Both the position numbers and the translations under genes were made by a program. A stretch of DNA of 64,000 nucleotides, from contig CALVEA010000004.1 in assembly GCA_944326455.1 (NCBI GenBank), positions 32,305 to 96,304 on the forward strand. The letters run 5' to 3'. Below are positions 1-8,929 of the stretch, piece after piece. Position 1 is the stretch's first letter, and each line of letters starts with the position of its first letter. The DNA is from Candidatus Gastranaerophilales bacterium (GTDB taxonomy: Bacteria; Cyanobacteriota; Vampirovibrionia; Gastranaerophilales; Gastranaerophilaceae). A model generated the notes under the pieces. It did no database searches. It worked only from the letters and a program-made list of their open reading frames with translations, and was not told where the DNA came from.

Positions 1-485
1 ATCATATTTTTAACGTTTTCTGCCACTGTTGCGTTAGCTTCATAAGCGCGGGAAGCCGATATCATGCCAACCATTTCTTCTACAATATTAATATTAGGCA
101 TATCTACGTACCCTTCTTCATCTGCATCAGGGTGAGACGGGTCATAAATTGTTTTTATGGCATTTTCGGATTCATAAATTTCATCTACTTCCACACCGCC
201 TGTAACCATACCGTTATTAAGCGCTATATTGGCGTTAATAAGCATATTGCCGGTTTTGGGGTCAAACTGTGCGTCCGGTGCATTACTTGAAAAATTTGAA
301 TACCCCCTGTTTATATTCTCTTCGTATATTGTTCTAAAAGAAACATCCTTTTTTATGTATGCTCCTTTAGCCCCGTTGGGTTGTCTGGTTGTGTTAACGT
401 TCGCGATATTGCTTGCGATTGTGTCAAGTTTTACTCTTTGAGCGGTCATACCTGAACCAGCAATATCAAATATATTGAAACTCAT
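1..485 (-). CDS. flgC: Flagellar basal-body rod protein FlgC (3' end runs off the window; absent from ORF track)
   Basis: Manual translation from ATG at 485: MSFNIFDIAGSGMTAQRVKLDTIASNIANVNTTR...YDPSHPDADEEGYVDMPNINIVEEMVGMISASRAYEANA; ANxNT motif and YDPxHPDA/PNVN motifs of FlgC; directly downstream of flgB. Confidence 0.95.
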   Translation of the reverse strand, partial: MSFNIFDIAGSGMTAQRVKLDTIASNIANVNTTRQPNGAKGAYIKKDVSFRTIYEENINRGYSNFSSNAPDAQFDPKTGNMLINANIALNNGMVTGGVEVDEIYESENAIKTIYDPSHPDADEEGYVDMPNINIVEEMVGMISASRAYEANATVAENVKNM

Positions 486-497
486 ATTTTATACCTC

Positions 498-980
498 CTA
501 TTGTCCGGAAATTACTCTTGAAACACTTTCAAAAGATCTTCTTTCAAGGTTTGAAAGTACAAGGTATCTCATGCCGGTTTTGGATAAATCCATCATTTCG
601 CGTTCCAGTTCAACATTATTTCCGGTTGCGTCAGTTCCGCTGTAAATATCTGTGACATATTGAGGCTTAAAATCCTCATAAGTATTGCTTTTTAAGTATG
701 CTTTTTCTTGTAAAGTCGGGGTTCTGTAAGTATGGATTTCTCCGGTGAAGACATCAACCATTGGCGGTTTGTATTCAATACTGTTTTGGGATTTGATATA
801 GTCTTTCAAATCCTCTTTTTCCATAATCTCGGAGAGCTGACTTTCAAAAGCAACTTCTTTTCTTTGATAACCCGGAGTCATAACGTTGGCTATGTTTGAA
901 GCTATGGCGTGCTGTCTGTCCATTAGCCCGTCCATACCGAGTTTTGTTATTTCCATTGTTCTTGATGTAATCAAATCCAC
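498..980 (-). CDS. flgB: Flagellar basal-body rod protein FlgB
   Basis: RQHAIASNIANVMTPGYQRKEVAF and GNNVELEREM motifs; GTG start with GAGGAG RBS; adjacent to flgC. Confidence 0.93.
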   Translation of the reverse strand: MDLITSRTMEITKLGMDGLMDRQHAIASNIANVMTPGYQRKEVAFESQLSEIMEKEDLKDYIKSQNSIEYKPPMVDVFTGEIHTYRTPTLQEKAYLKSNTYEDFKPQYVTDIYSGTDATGNNVELEREMMDLSKTGMRYLVLSNLERRSFESVSRVISGQ

Positions 981-985
981 TGCTG

Positions 986-2242
986 TTACTCCTCTCGGTT
1001 TACTATACCTAAGCGGATTGTAAATTCCGTGTAATCCTCGCTATAGCGGGAAAGTTCAAGTTCACCCAGCTGTTCTTCTATAGATTTTTTGCAAATCCAA
1101 AGCCCCAACCCGCTGCCTGTAGATTTTGTAGTAAAACCTTCTTTAAATATATCGTCAGGGTTTTCAATCCCGGGTGCGTTATTTGAGATTCTTACTGTTG
1201 CAAAATCTTCTTCCTTTTCGGTTACAATTTTAATATACTTATCATTTTGGACGTTTTCTGATAATTCGTCGATTTCAAAAGCTTCTGACGCATTTTTTAC
1301 AAGATTAATAATAACTGCTGCAAGTTTTTCACTGTCTGCCAGAACAAAAATATCAGGAGTATTTTCAACTTCTATTTTAATATTTTTACCTTCTGCATAC
1401 ACTTTCGAAAGTTCTACTGCATTTTCTACAATTTCAGCCAAATTGCTTTTTTCAAGATTTGGTGCATTTGATGATTTTAGTGCAATTAGGGAATTCCCAG
1501 CCATCTTTAATGCTTTTGAGATGGCATTTGCTGCATTTTCAATTCCCTCTTTGTCTACAATTTCTTTTGAAAGATGTTTTCTAATGATTTCTGAGTACAA
1601 ATCGCAAATTGAAAGTTGATTCTTTATTTCATGAGCGATAACTCTTGTTTTTTTGATATTATAATCTTCCGGCGTAATTGTTACGGCGCTTTTTTCTGCA
1701 TAACCTATGACCGCGTCGCTGCTGGCTTCGTCGAGTGTATCCAGGAGCCGCCTGATAGAAGAATTCAACAGGATATTATCACGTCTGTCAGGATTATATT
1801 TTTCCATATACGGCGATATATCAATCTTAGAATTTCTTTTTATAATATCTAAAGGTTCTCTTTGAAGCTTGGTATTATAAAGAGAATAGTATCTAACACT
1901 TTTATCATCCCCTGTATGAGAATCCCATATCAGTATTGAAACATATCTGTGAGTCATAACGCACAAAAATTCCGTGTTTGCCCAAACCTTTTCAATAAGG
2001 TTTTTAGAATTATCTGCGTAGCTGAAGGATTCTATTTCAGAAAACTCTAATCTCTTTAACAAACCTTGGAGCCCTTCAGTGTTAATTATTCTATATAGAA
2101 CAACTCCGCTTTCAGGAGCATCCAAAAGAGGTTCTAAAGCAGAACGGACAAGGCACCGAAGTGCCTGTTTTGATAAGAACCTATTTCCCTGTGAGTCAAT
2201 AAGTTCTCTTAAATAATTTTGTTGTCTTACAATTTTTTTCAT
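986..2242 (-). CDS. Sensor histidine kinase with uncharacterised soluble N-terminal domain
   Basis: H-box AHEIKNQL, N-box NLVKNA, F-box IFKEGFTTK, G2 GSGLGL; no transmembrane helix evident. Confidence 0.88.
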   Translation of the reverse strand: MKKIVRQQNYLRELIDSQGNRFLSKQALRCLVRSALEPLLDAPESGVVLYRIINTEGLQGLLKRLEFSEIESFSYADNSKNLIEKVWANTEFLCVMTHRYVSILIWDSHTGDDKSVRYYSLYNTKLQREPLDIIKRNSKIDISPYMEKYNPDRRDNILLNSSIRRLLDTLDEASSDAVIGYAEKSAVTITPEDYNIKKTRVIAHEIKNQLSICDLYSEIIRKHLSKEIVDKEGIENAANAISKALKMAGNSLIALKSSNAPNLEKSNLAEIVENAVELSKVYAEGKNIKIEVENTPDIFVLADSEKLAAVIINLVKNASEAFEIDELSENVQNDKYIKIVTEKEEDFATVRISNNAPGIENPDDIFKEGFTTKSTGSGLGLWICKKSIEEQLGELELSRYSEDYTEFTIRLGIVNREE

Positions 2243-2270
2243 TCTGCCTTACTTTTATTGTTTTATAGAT

Positions 2271-2975
2271 TTATACGGCAATCTTTATTTTTTTTGTTAA
2301 AAATCCGTTATTGATTGCATATAAAACTGCTTGGGTTCTATCATTAACCTGTAATTTTTGGAAAATGTTATTAACGTGGGTTTTAACAGTTGTTTCAGAA
2401 ATGAATAACTTATTAGCAACCCCCTTGTATGTAATACCCTGAGTAAGGAGTTCAAGCACTTCTTCTTCTCTCTGGGTAAGATATGAAAGCAGATTTTCTT
2501 CTTCTGTTTCTTGTTTTGCGTTTTCTTCTCTGAAAGATTGTTGGAAGTATTCGAAGAATCTGGAAGAAAGTGCAAGCGGAAGATAAATTTTCCCGTTTAA
2601 AACTTCTTCTATTGCATAAATTAACTGAGCCGAAGCCATAGTTTTTAAGACGTAGCCTTTAGCACCTATTTTCATTGCTCTGAAGATTAAATCGGCATCA
2701 TCATATCCGGAAAGGGCAAGAACTTTTGTTTCGGTTTCAAGTTTAGAAATTTCAATAATTCCTTGCAAACCGTCTTTATCCGGCATATTCATGTCCAAAA
2801 GCACAATATCAGGTTGATATTTTTTGATTAAATTAATCCCTACATTAACATTTGTTGCGATACCAACGACGTCAAAAGTCCCTTCAATGTTAAGCAATTC
2901 TCTGATACCGACAAGGTGTTCATAGTTGTCATCAATCAAAAGCACTTTAGACTTTTTCTTAAATTCGCGTCTCAT
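2271..2975 (-). CDS. NarL/LuxR-family response regulator
   Basis: REC (LLIDD, LLDMNMP, GYVLK) plus LuxR HTH LTQREEEVL...TVKTHVNNIFQKL. Confidence 0.95.
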   Translation of the reverse strand: MRREFKKKSKVLLIDDNYEHLVGIRELLNIEGTFDVVGIATNVNVGINLIKKYQPDIVLLDMNMPDKDGLQGIIEISKLETETKVLALSGYDDADLIFRAMKIGAKGYVLKTMASAQLIYAIEEVLNGKIYLPLALSSRFFEYFQQSFREENAKQETEEENLLSYLTQREEEVLELLTQGITYKGVANKLFISETTVKTHVNNIFQKLQVNDRTQAVLYAINNGFLTKKIKIAV

Positions 2976-3111
2976 ACTCTCTTCTCTCCCCTAATTTATA
3001 AATCTTTGTAATTATATTCCATCTCTACACTATGTATATTACCTTCTTTTAGAGGATTGTTTCATCAATACAGGGGTTAATTTTCTGTAAAAATTCATTG
3101 ATTGAAAGATA

Positions 3112-3127
3112 TAGACCACATGGTCTA
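3112..3127. promoter_or_regulatory. Perfect palindrome, possible regulator binding site
   Basis: TAGACCA-CA-TGGTCTA in the divergent intergenic region 2976-3319. Confidence 0.4.
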
Positions 3128-3270
3128 CAAAAGGTTCTAATCCATGTAATAACTTGAAAAAATGTATTATATAGTCTTTGTTCAAATCTACAGTAAAAAG
3201 AGTAGTCAAAAAATACGAGCATCATCTGATTAGTTTAATATAGATGCAGGGTTTTCTTGCCAAATACAGT

Positions 3271-3298
3271 TTGACCTTTTTGCGAAATCTGCTAAAAT
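3271..3298 (+). promoter_or_regulatory. Sigma70-type promoter of 3320..3682
   Basis: TTGACC-16 nt-TAAAAT with extended TGn before the -10 box. Confidence 0.55.
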
Positions 3299-3319
3299 AC
3301 TCATAAGGAGTATTATATT

Positions 3320-3682
3320 ATGAATAAGTTTATTTTATTGTTAGGAATTTCTCTGACAGCTTCAATGATTTCAGTTTCAGCAATCGGTCATTCTTCAGAC
3401 TTGCCGGAAGAGGGACTTTATATAAAACACGGTAACTCCGTTATAACTCCAAGCGGAGATATGTATACCAGAAATGGAAATGTTATCACCGGAACAAATG
3501 GAGATATGTATGTGCAAAACAGAAATATTATTACAGGTCCGAAAGGCACGTATATAAGAAACGGAAATACAACAGTATGTCCGGAAGGAGTGTATTTACA
3601 TAACGGGAATACAACAATTACTCCAAATGGAGATATGTTCAGAGTCAACGGCACAGGCAGCCACTGGTGGATTTCTCATTAA
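3320..3682 (+). CDS. Small secreted tandem-repeat protein
   Basis: Signal-peptide-like N-terminus, AGGAG RBS, five to six 14-15 aa repeats Y-x-x-x-G-N-x-x-x-x-x-x-G. Confidence 0.75.
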   Translation: MNKFILLLGISLTASMISVSAIGHSSDLPEEGLYIKHGNSVITPSGDMYTRNGNVITGTNGDMYVQNRNIITGPKGTYIRNGNTTVCPEGVYLHNGNTTITPNGDMFRVNGTGSHWWISH

Positions 3683-4896
3683 TAACCCGTAAGTCCGTCC
3701 TTTGAATCGGATGCGAAATTTTTAACAGCTTCTTTTCTTTGCCGGATTTTAAACAGGGTATCCATATTCATTTGATTTATCTTTCTTTCATATTCAAGCT
3801 GTTTAATTTCTTTCAGCTGTTTTTCGGCTTTAATTGAGTCTTTTTTTATTTTGTCTTCTTTTTCTTTTGCGCGTTTTGCTTCAAATTCTGTTTCTGATGA
3901 ATCTACGACAAAGTCTTCAGCGAGTCTGTAACCGACTGTTGATACGGGGATGTAATTTCCATCAAGGTCTTCAAGTTTGGAGTTTTCTCCTTCTGTATCA
4001 ATGCTCCATGTTCCCAAAAATTTCGGAGTATTCCCGGTGTAAGCGTAAGCACAGACAATAATTCTGTCGTCATTATTGTAATCAAAACCCATAGGATAGA
4101 TATCCCAGCGGTTTTCAGTAAGCTCCACTCCGCCTGTAAATTTCCAATATTCTTCAATTGCTTCCCTAATTTGCGGAAGTTTTTTTGCTTCTTTTTTTTC
4201 AAAATTGTAAACCCATAAATCTGTTTTCCAGATGCCGTCATGACGATATCCGACTTTTTCTTTAACTGCAAGCTTTTTATTGTCGGCAGAAAAATCAATT
4301 GGAGTTAAGGTTCTAAAAATATATTTTTCTTCCAGAGATTTTTCTGTTGAAATCAGCGGAGTCTCTTCTTTTTGAATAATATTGGCTCTTTTTACTCTCT
4401 CTGTTTCATTTAATGAAGAATCAAGCTTGATTAAAAACAAATCACAAGCAGTGCAGTCAGTTTGTGCATAATAATAAACCGCAGGATAAACCAGCATTGT
4501 CTTATCTCCGGAGACGATTCCCTGGGCATTAATTTGCCGGTCAAAGTTTAATCTGCGCGGCAGGTAAAGTTCAGGACTTCCAACAGGGTCATTGTACTTA
4601 ACAAGTTTAAAAGTTTTTTGCGGGACGTAAACCATATTTGAGTCTTTGGGAATTCTCGCTTCCTGAACTTCTATTTCTTTTTTTGATTTCCCTCTTGAAA
4701 TGGTTTCGTATTCTTCAACTGTCATATAACCGGATTCCGGCATACGGCTTTTTTCATATTTTTCTTTTTCTTCAGCCTTATTTACTTTATTTTCATAAAT
4801 ATATTGATTAACAACCGCATCCTCTTGTTTAAAAGGGTTAATCTGGCTGAAATGAATTTTCATTGCCATAATCATACCGGCAAGAGCATCAAACAT
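3679..4896 (-). CDS. Hypothetical protein (beta-rich core, charged C-terminal coiled coil)
   Basis: 405-aa ORF, TAATG overlap with upstream response regulator. Confidence 0.75.
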   Translation of the reverse strand: MFDALAGMIMAMKIHFSQINPFKQEDAVVNQYIYENKVNKAEEKEKYEKSRMPESGYMTVEEYETISRGKSKKEIEVQEARIPKDSNMVYVPQKTFKLVKYNDPVGSPELYLPRRLNFDRQINAQGIVSGDKTMLVYPAVYYYAQTDCTACDLFLIKLDSSLNETERVKRANIIQKEETPLISTEKSLEEKYIFRTLTPIDFSADNKKLAVKEKVGYRHDGIWKTDLWVYNFEKKEAKKLPQIREAIEEYWKFTGGVELTENRWDIYPMGFDYNNDDRIIVCAYAYTGNTPKFLGTWSIDTEGENSKLEDLDGNYIPVSTVGYRLAEDFVVDSSETEFEAKRAKEKEDKIKKDSIKAEKQLKEIKQLEYERKINQMNMDTLFKIRQRKEAVKNFASDSKDGLTGY

Positions 4897-5558
4897 TAAA
4901 CCAATCCTTCTTTCATAGCAGTAACTGTTGCCTGGGTTCGTGTTGCAGCGCAGAGCTTTTGTAAAATGCTATGTACATGAGCTTTAGCGGTAGCCCTTGT
5001 TATAACAAGTCTATCTGCAATTTGAGGGTTTGACAAACCTTCTACCATCAGAGCCAGAACATCAAGCTCTCTTTCTGTAAGACCATAAGAGTTTTTCTCC
5101 CGCTTTTCGGTAATTGTTGAAACAGAGGTATTTGGGGCAGGTCTTTGCAGATTGGAAAATACAACTTTTGCAATAGCCGGATCAATCCAACCCACACCGT
5201 CATAAACAGCTTTAATAGCCGCAATAGTTTGTTCGGGAGTTGCACCTTTCATAATATAGCCGTCTGCGCCCGCTTTAAAAGATTCAAAAATGTCTTGCTC
5301 AGTATTCCTGGAGGTAAAAATTAAAATCTTCACATCCGGTAGAAATTCTTTTATTCTTGCGGTTGCCTCTATTCCGTCAATGTTAGGAAGCCCTATGTCC
5401 ATTAAAATGACATCCGGTGCGGTTTCTCGAGCTTTTTTTATGCCGTCTGCACCATCCGCAGCCTCTGCTGTGAGATTAATCCCTTCAGCTTTTTCAAGAA
5501 GCATTGATAAACCCATTCTATATAGTTGATGATCTTCTACCAATAATACATTAATCAT
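4896..5558 (-). CDS. NarL/LuxR-family response regulator
   Basis: LLVEDH, ILMDIGLP, GYIMK; HTH LTERELDVL...TAKAHVHSILQKL. Confidence 0.95.
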   Translation of the reverse strand: MINVLLVEDHQLYRMGLSMLLEKAEGINLTAEAADGADGIKKARETAPDVILMDIGLPNIDGIEATARIKEFLPDVKILIFTSRNTEQDIFESFKAGADGYIMKGATPEQTIAAIKAVYDGVGWIDPAIAKVVFSNLQRPAPNTSVSTITEKREKNSYGLTERELDVLALMVEGLSNPQIADRLVITRATAKAHVHSILQKLCAATRTQATVTAMKEGLV

Positions 5559-7111
5559 ACTTGTACACCTGTCGGAATATTTACTACTGTATCGGTTAAT
5601 ATAAATGAAAATTCACTGCCCTTATTCAAGACACTTTCAAGCCATATTTTACCGCCATGGGATTCAATTATTTGTCTTGAAAGGTAAAGACCTAAACCGG
5701 TGCCGGCAGAACGTTTTTTACTGGTTCCTTGAGAAAATCTTTGGAACATATTAGGGATATCTTCTTGCGGAATACCGCATCCATTATCAGATACTGAGAA
5801 AATCAAGTCTTTGCTTTCATTTTTAATAGTGATAATAACTTTACCGCCTTCTTGGGTGTAATTTATGGCATTTCCGCAAAGATTACATATAACTCTTCTG
5901 ATTTCGCTTCTGTCAGCATTTATTTGCAAATCTTTATTTGCACAATCTATAGTAAAATCAATATTTTTACTGTCAGCAAGAGGTTTGAGCTCGTCAAAAA
6001 TTTGTTTTGAAAGTTCATAAATATTAAAATCTGTTTTATTCAGAACCAGCTTTTCTGCATCATATTTATAAACCTCAAGCAAAGCGTTTACCAGCCCTAA
6101 CAAATCCTCGTTACTCTTTTGCATAGTGGATAATAGAAGTTTCTGCTTGTCATCTAATTCTCCCAGCGCGCCATCCAAGAAAAATTTTAAAGTCTGAATA
6201 GCAGCAAGCAGAGGAGTCCTCAAATCATGAGTTAATGTGGCAATAAAATCATCCCTGAGTCTGTCAGCTTTTTTCTGCTCGGTAACATCTCTTATTACAC
6301 CGACAAAACGCTTAAATCCATCATCGGGATTGATTCTTGCAAAGCTTATTTCAACCGGAACAATTGCATTGCTTAAAGGATTCTTTATATGAAAATCTCT
6401 TAAAAAAAGCTCATTTCCTTCTGATTTGTGCAGTTCTTTTGAAATAAATGTTTTTTCGCTAAAAAGATAATCATCAATAGAGGCATTTACAAGCTTGCTT
6501 CCGACAAGCCCGATAAGGCTTTCGCACGCCGGATTGACCTGCTCTATTATGCCGTCCTCGTTGAGTATGACAATCCCGTCAGCGCAATAAGTTACGATAC
6601 CTTCCAGTTTAGCATTAGATTGTTTTAAATCTGCCGTTCTTTCTTCAACGAGTTGTTCAAGATTTTTAGAATATTTCTCAAGTTCTTTTTTGGCAGCTTC
6701 CAATTCCGAAATCTTTTGACGCAGCTGGGAAAGTAGATAGCTTCTTTCAATTCCGTTTTTAATATTAATTATTAAATCATCATTGCTCCAAGGCTTCTCA
6801 ATGTACCTGTAAAGACCGATTTCATTAATTGCGCGAATAGCATTTTCTTTATCAGCGTAGCCGGTGAGTAGAATTTTGCTTACTTCCGGATAAAGTTTTT
6901 TTACTTCTGACAGAAATTCAAGTCCATTCATTTCCGGCATTAAAAAATCTGAAATTACGAGATCCGGTGTGTTATCTTTTAAAAAATTTAAAGCTTCCCG
7001 AGGGCTATTAAAAAAATGAGCATCACAAAACCCTTCCACCTTTAATAGGGTTGAAAAGGCAGATGTAACTATTTTCTCATCATCAACTACAACAATCTTC
7101 CCCGTTTCCAT
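5555..7111 (-). CDS. Hybrid histidine kinase REC-coiled coil-PAS-HisKA-HATPase
   Basis: VVVDDE/ISDFLMP/EKPW receiver; DGIVILNEDGIIEQVNPA PAS; THDLRTPL H-box; NLCGNA, DNGCGI, GTGLGL. Confidence 0.93.
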   Translation of the reverse strand: METGKIVVVDDEKIVTSAFSTLLKVEGFCDAHFFNSPREALNFLKDNTPDLVISDFLMPEMNGLEFLSEVKKLYPEVSKILLTGYADKENAIRAINEIGLYRYIEKPWSNDDLIINIKNGIERSYLLSQLRQKISELEAAKKELEKYSKNLEQLVEERTADLKQSNAKLEGIVTYCADGIVILNEDGIIEQVNPACESLIGLVGSKLVNASIDDYLFSEKTFISKELHKSEGNELFLRDFHIKNPLSNAIVPVEISFARINPDDGFKRFVGVIRDVTEQKKADRLRDDFIATLTHDLRTPLLAAIQTLKFFLDGALGELDDKQKLLLSTMQKSNEDLLGLVNALLEVYKYDAEKLVLNKTDFNIYELSKQIFDELKPLADSKNIDFTIDCANKDLQINADRSEIRRVICNLCGNAINYTQEGGKVIITIKNESKDLIFSVSDNGCGIPQEDIPNMFQRFSQGTSKKRSAGTGLGLYLSRQIIESHGGKIWLESVLNKGSEFSFILTDTVVNIPTGVQV

Positions 7112-7207
7112 ATTTTCATCTTAACCTAAATAAATACATTAGACAAATTATTAACATTTATGAATAATATGATATAATCAATGATGTTAATTCATAACAG
7201 GAGATAT

Positions 7208-7966
7208 ATGATGAAATTGAAAGTTAAAGGAGGTTTTACGCTCTCGGAAATGTTGCTGGCAATGGCAATCGTGGGCGTAGTAGCTGCTATAACAATACCT
7301 CAGCTCGCTGCCGGTATGCAGAAAAAACAAGCCGGAGCAATTTTAAGCAGAGCTGTAACACAAATTGAACTGGGATGCCAAAACATGATTCAGTATGAGA
7401 ATTCTAACAGTGTTGACGGTTCATATTATAGTACGGTGACAGCTTTGCCAGGTGTAAGTATAGCAAAATTGGCTCCGTTTATCGGGGTTGCTGATACCGG
7501 CGACACCGTAGCCGCAGCTACTGTGAAAAAGTATACTTATCTCCCGGGTATATTGCCTGCTGCCTATGCTGCAGATGCAGTTAGCACAGGAGACAGTATC
7601 ACCGGTACAACTACAGTTACACCAATAGAAGATGCAACCAAGCTGGAGGCTCTTGAAGGAAACTTAAAAGAATTCAAATTCCAAAAATTCGGTGCGGAGC
7701 TGCTGCTGCCGGATAAGATGAATACCTCAGCAACAGGCGGCGATCCAAACTATGTAGTATTGCAAATGCTTATTGATACTAACGGGGCAGCTAAAAAACC
7801 GAATATGTACGGCAAAGATGTCTTTGAGTTTCATTTGACAAATAGCTGCAAAATGGTACCTTATGGACTTTCAACATATAAGACAGAGTGCGCAGGTACT
7901 TCAATTACAGAGGGAAGGTCTTGTGCAGCTCGTGTTGCGGCAGAAGGATGGAAAATTAATTATTAG
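7208..7966 (+). CDS. Type IV pilin-like (prepilin cleavage/methylation) protein
   Basis: GF/TLSE cleavage site then hydrophobic helix MLLAMAIVGVVAAITIP; C-terminal IDTNG...PNMYGKDVF and Cys pairs; start moved to ATG 7208 after AGGAGA. Confidence 0.88.
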   Translation: MMKLKVKGGFTLSEMLLAMAIVGVVAAITIPQLAAGMQKKQAGAILSRAVTQIELGCQNMIQYENSNSVDGSYYSTVTALPGVSIAKLAPFIGVADTGDTVAAATVKKYTYLPGILPAAYAADAVSTGDSITGTTTVTPIEDATKLEALEGNLKEFKFQKFGAELLLPDKMNTSATGGDPNYVVLQMLIDTNGAAKKPNMYGKDVFEFHLTNSCKMVPYGLSTYKTECAGTSITEGRSCAARVAAEGWKINY

Positions 7967-7977
7967 GAGGCAATAAT

Positions 7978-8211
7978 ATGGCAGAAGCAAAAATTCTTGC
8001 AACAATACCAAGAACAGATACGGAGCAACTACAGATTTCTATATCGGAATACAAGGGAAAAAGTTACTTTAACCTCAGAATATTCTATACAACAGATGAT
8101 GGTGCAACCTGGCTCCCGACTAAAAAAGGTGTTACCTTTGCGCCGGATCAGCTGGATATTCTGACAGATGCTATAGAAGAAGCAAAAAAAGAATTTATGA
8201 TTGAAGAGTAA
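7978..8211 (+). CDS. PC4/YdbC-family ssDNA-binding protein
   Basis: ISISEYKGKSYFNLRIFY...WLPTKKGVTF pattern of the PC4 family; AGGAGG RBS. Confidence 0.85.
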   Translation: MAEAKILATIPRTDTEQLQISISEYKGKSYFNLRIFYTTDDGATWLPTKKGVTFAPDQLDILTDAIEEAKKEFMIEE

Positions 8212-8929
8212 CTGTATGACATCAATTGAAGATGAATTTATTTCAACAGTATCACATGAATTAAGAACCCCCCTTACAAGTATAAGGGGGTTTTCTCAAA
8301 CTCTTTTAACTTCTTGGGATAAGCTGAAAGAAGAGGATAAAAAAAAGTTTATAAAAATTATAGAAGAACAGTCAAACAGGCTTATTCATCTTGTGGAAAA
8401 TGTACTTTCCGTCTCAAAAATGAACGCCGGAGTTGATGTTCTAAAAAAAGTTGACGTGAATGGGGTTATAAAAAAAATTATACCAATATTCACGGAGCAG
8501 TATAAGACAAGAACTTTTAGCCTGGAATTATCACCTAATTTACCACCTTCAAGGCTTGATGAAGATAAGTTTGAACAAATCATGACAAACCTCATTGATA
8601 ATGCTGCAAAGTATTCGGGGGATGGTAAAACTGTTATAATATCAACAGAACCGGAAGCCAATATGATTCTTATTAAAGTTAAAGATGAAGGTGTCGGTAT
8701 AAAAAAAGAGGATTACGGGAAATTATTTAAAAAATTCAGTCGGCTTGAAAACCACCTCACAAGCACAACTCAAGGTAACGGCTTAGGACTTTATATAACA
8801 AAACAGCTTGTAGAAAAGATGGGCGGCGAAATAAGTTTTGAAAGCGAAGAGAATATAGGGACGACATTTTCTGTAAGAGTTCCGATTTACAATCAGGAGG
8901 AGGCTTTAAGATGCTCTCTTGTGTCCTGA
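8201..8929 (+). CDS. Histidine kinase lacking a sensor domain (HisKA-HATPase only)
   Basis: FISTVSHELRTPLTSI begins at residue ~13; NLIDNAAKYS, DEGVGI, GNGLGL. Confidence 0.9.
   Translation: MKSNCMTSIEDEFISTVSHELRTPLTSIRGFSQTLLTSWDKLKEEDKKKFIKIIEEQSNRLIHLVENVLSVSKMNAGVDVLKKVDVNGVIKKIIPIFTEQYKTRTFSLELSPNLPPSRLDEDKFEQIMTNLIDNAAKYSGDGKTVIISTEPEANMILIKVKDEGVGIKKEDYGKLFKKFSRLENHLTSTTQGNGLGLYITKQLVEKMGGEISFESEENIGTTFSVRVPIYNQEEALRCSLVS

Noticed and set aside
8266-8292. CCCCCTTA...TAAGGGGG inverted repeat
   Set aside because: Falls in the conserved RTPLTSIRGF H-box coding sequence; explicable by codon choice.
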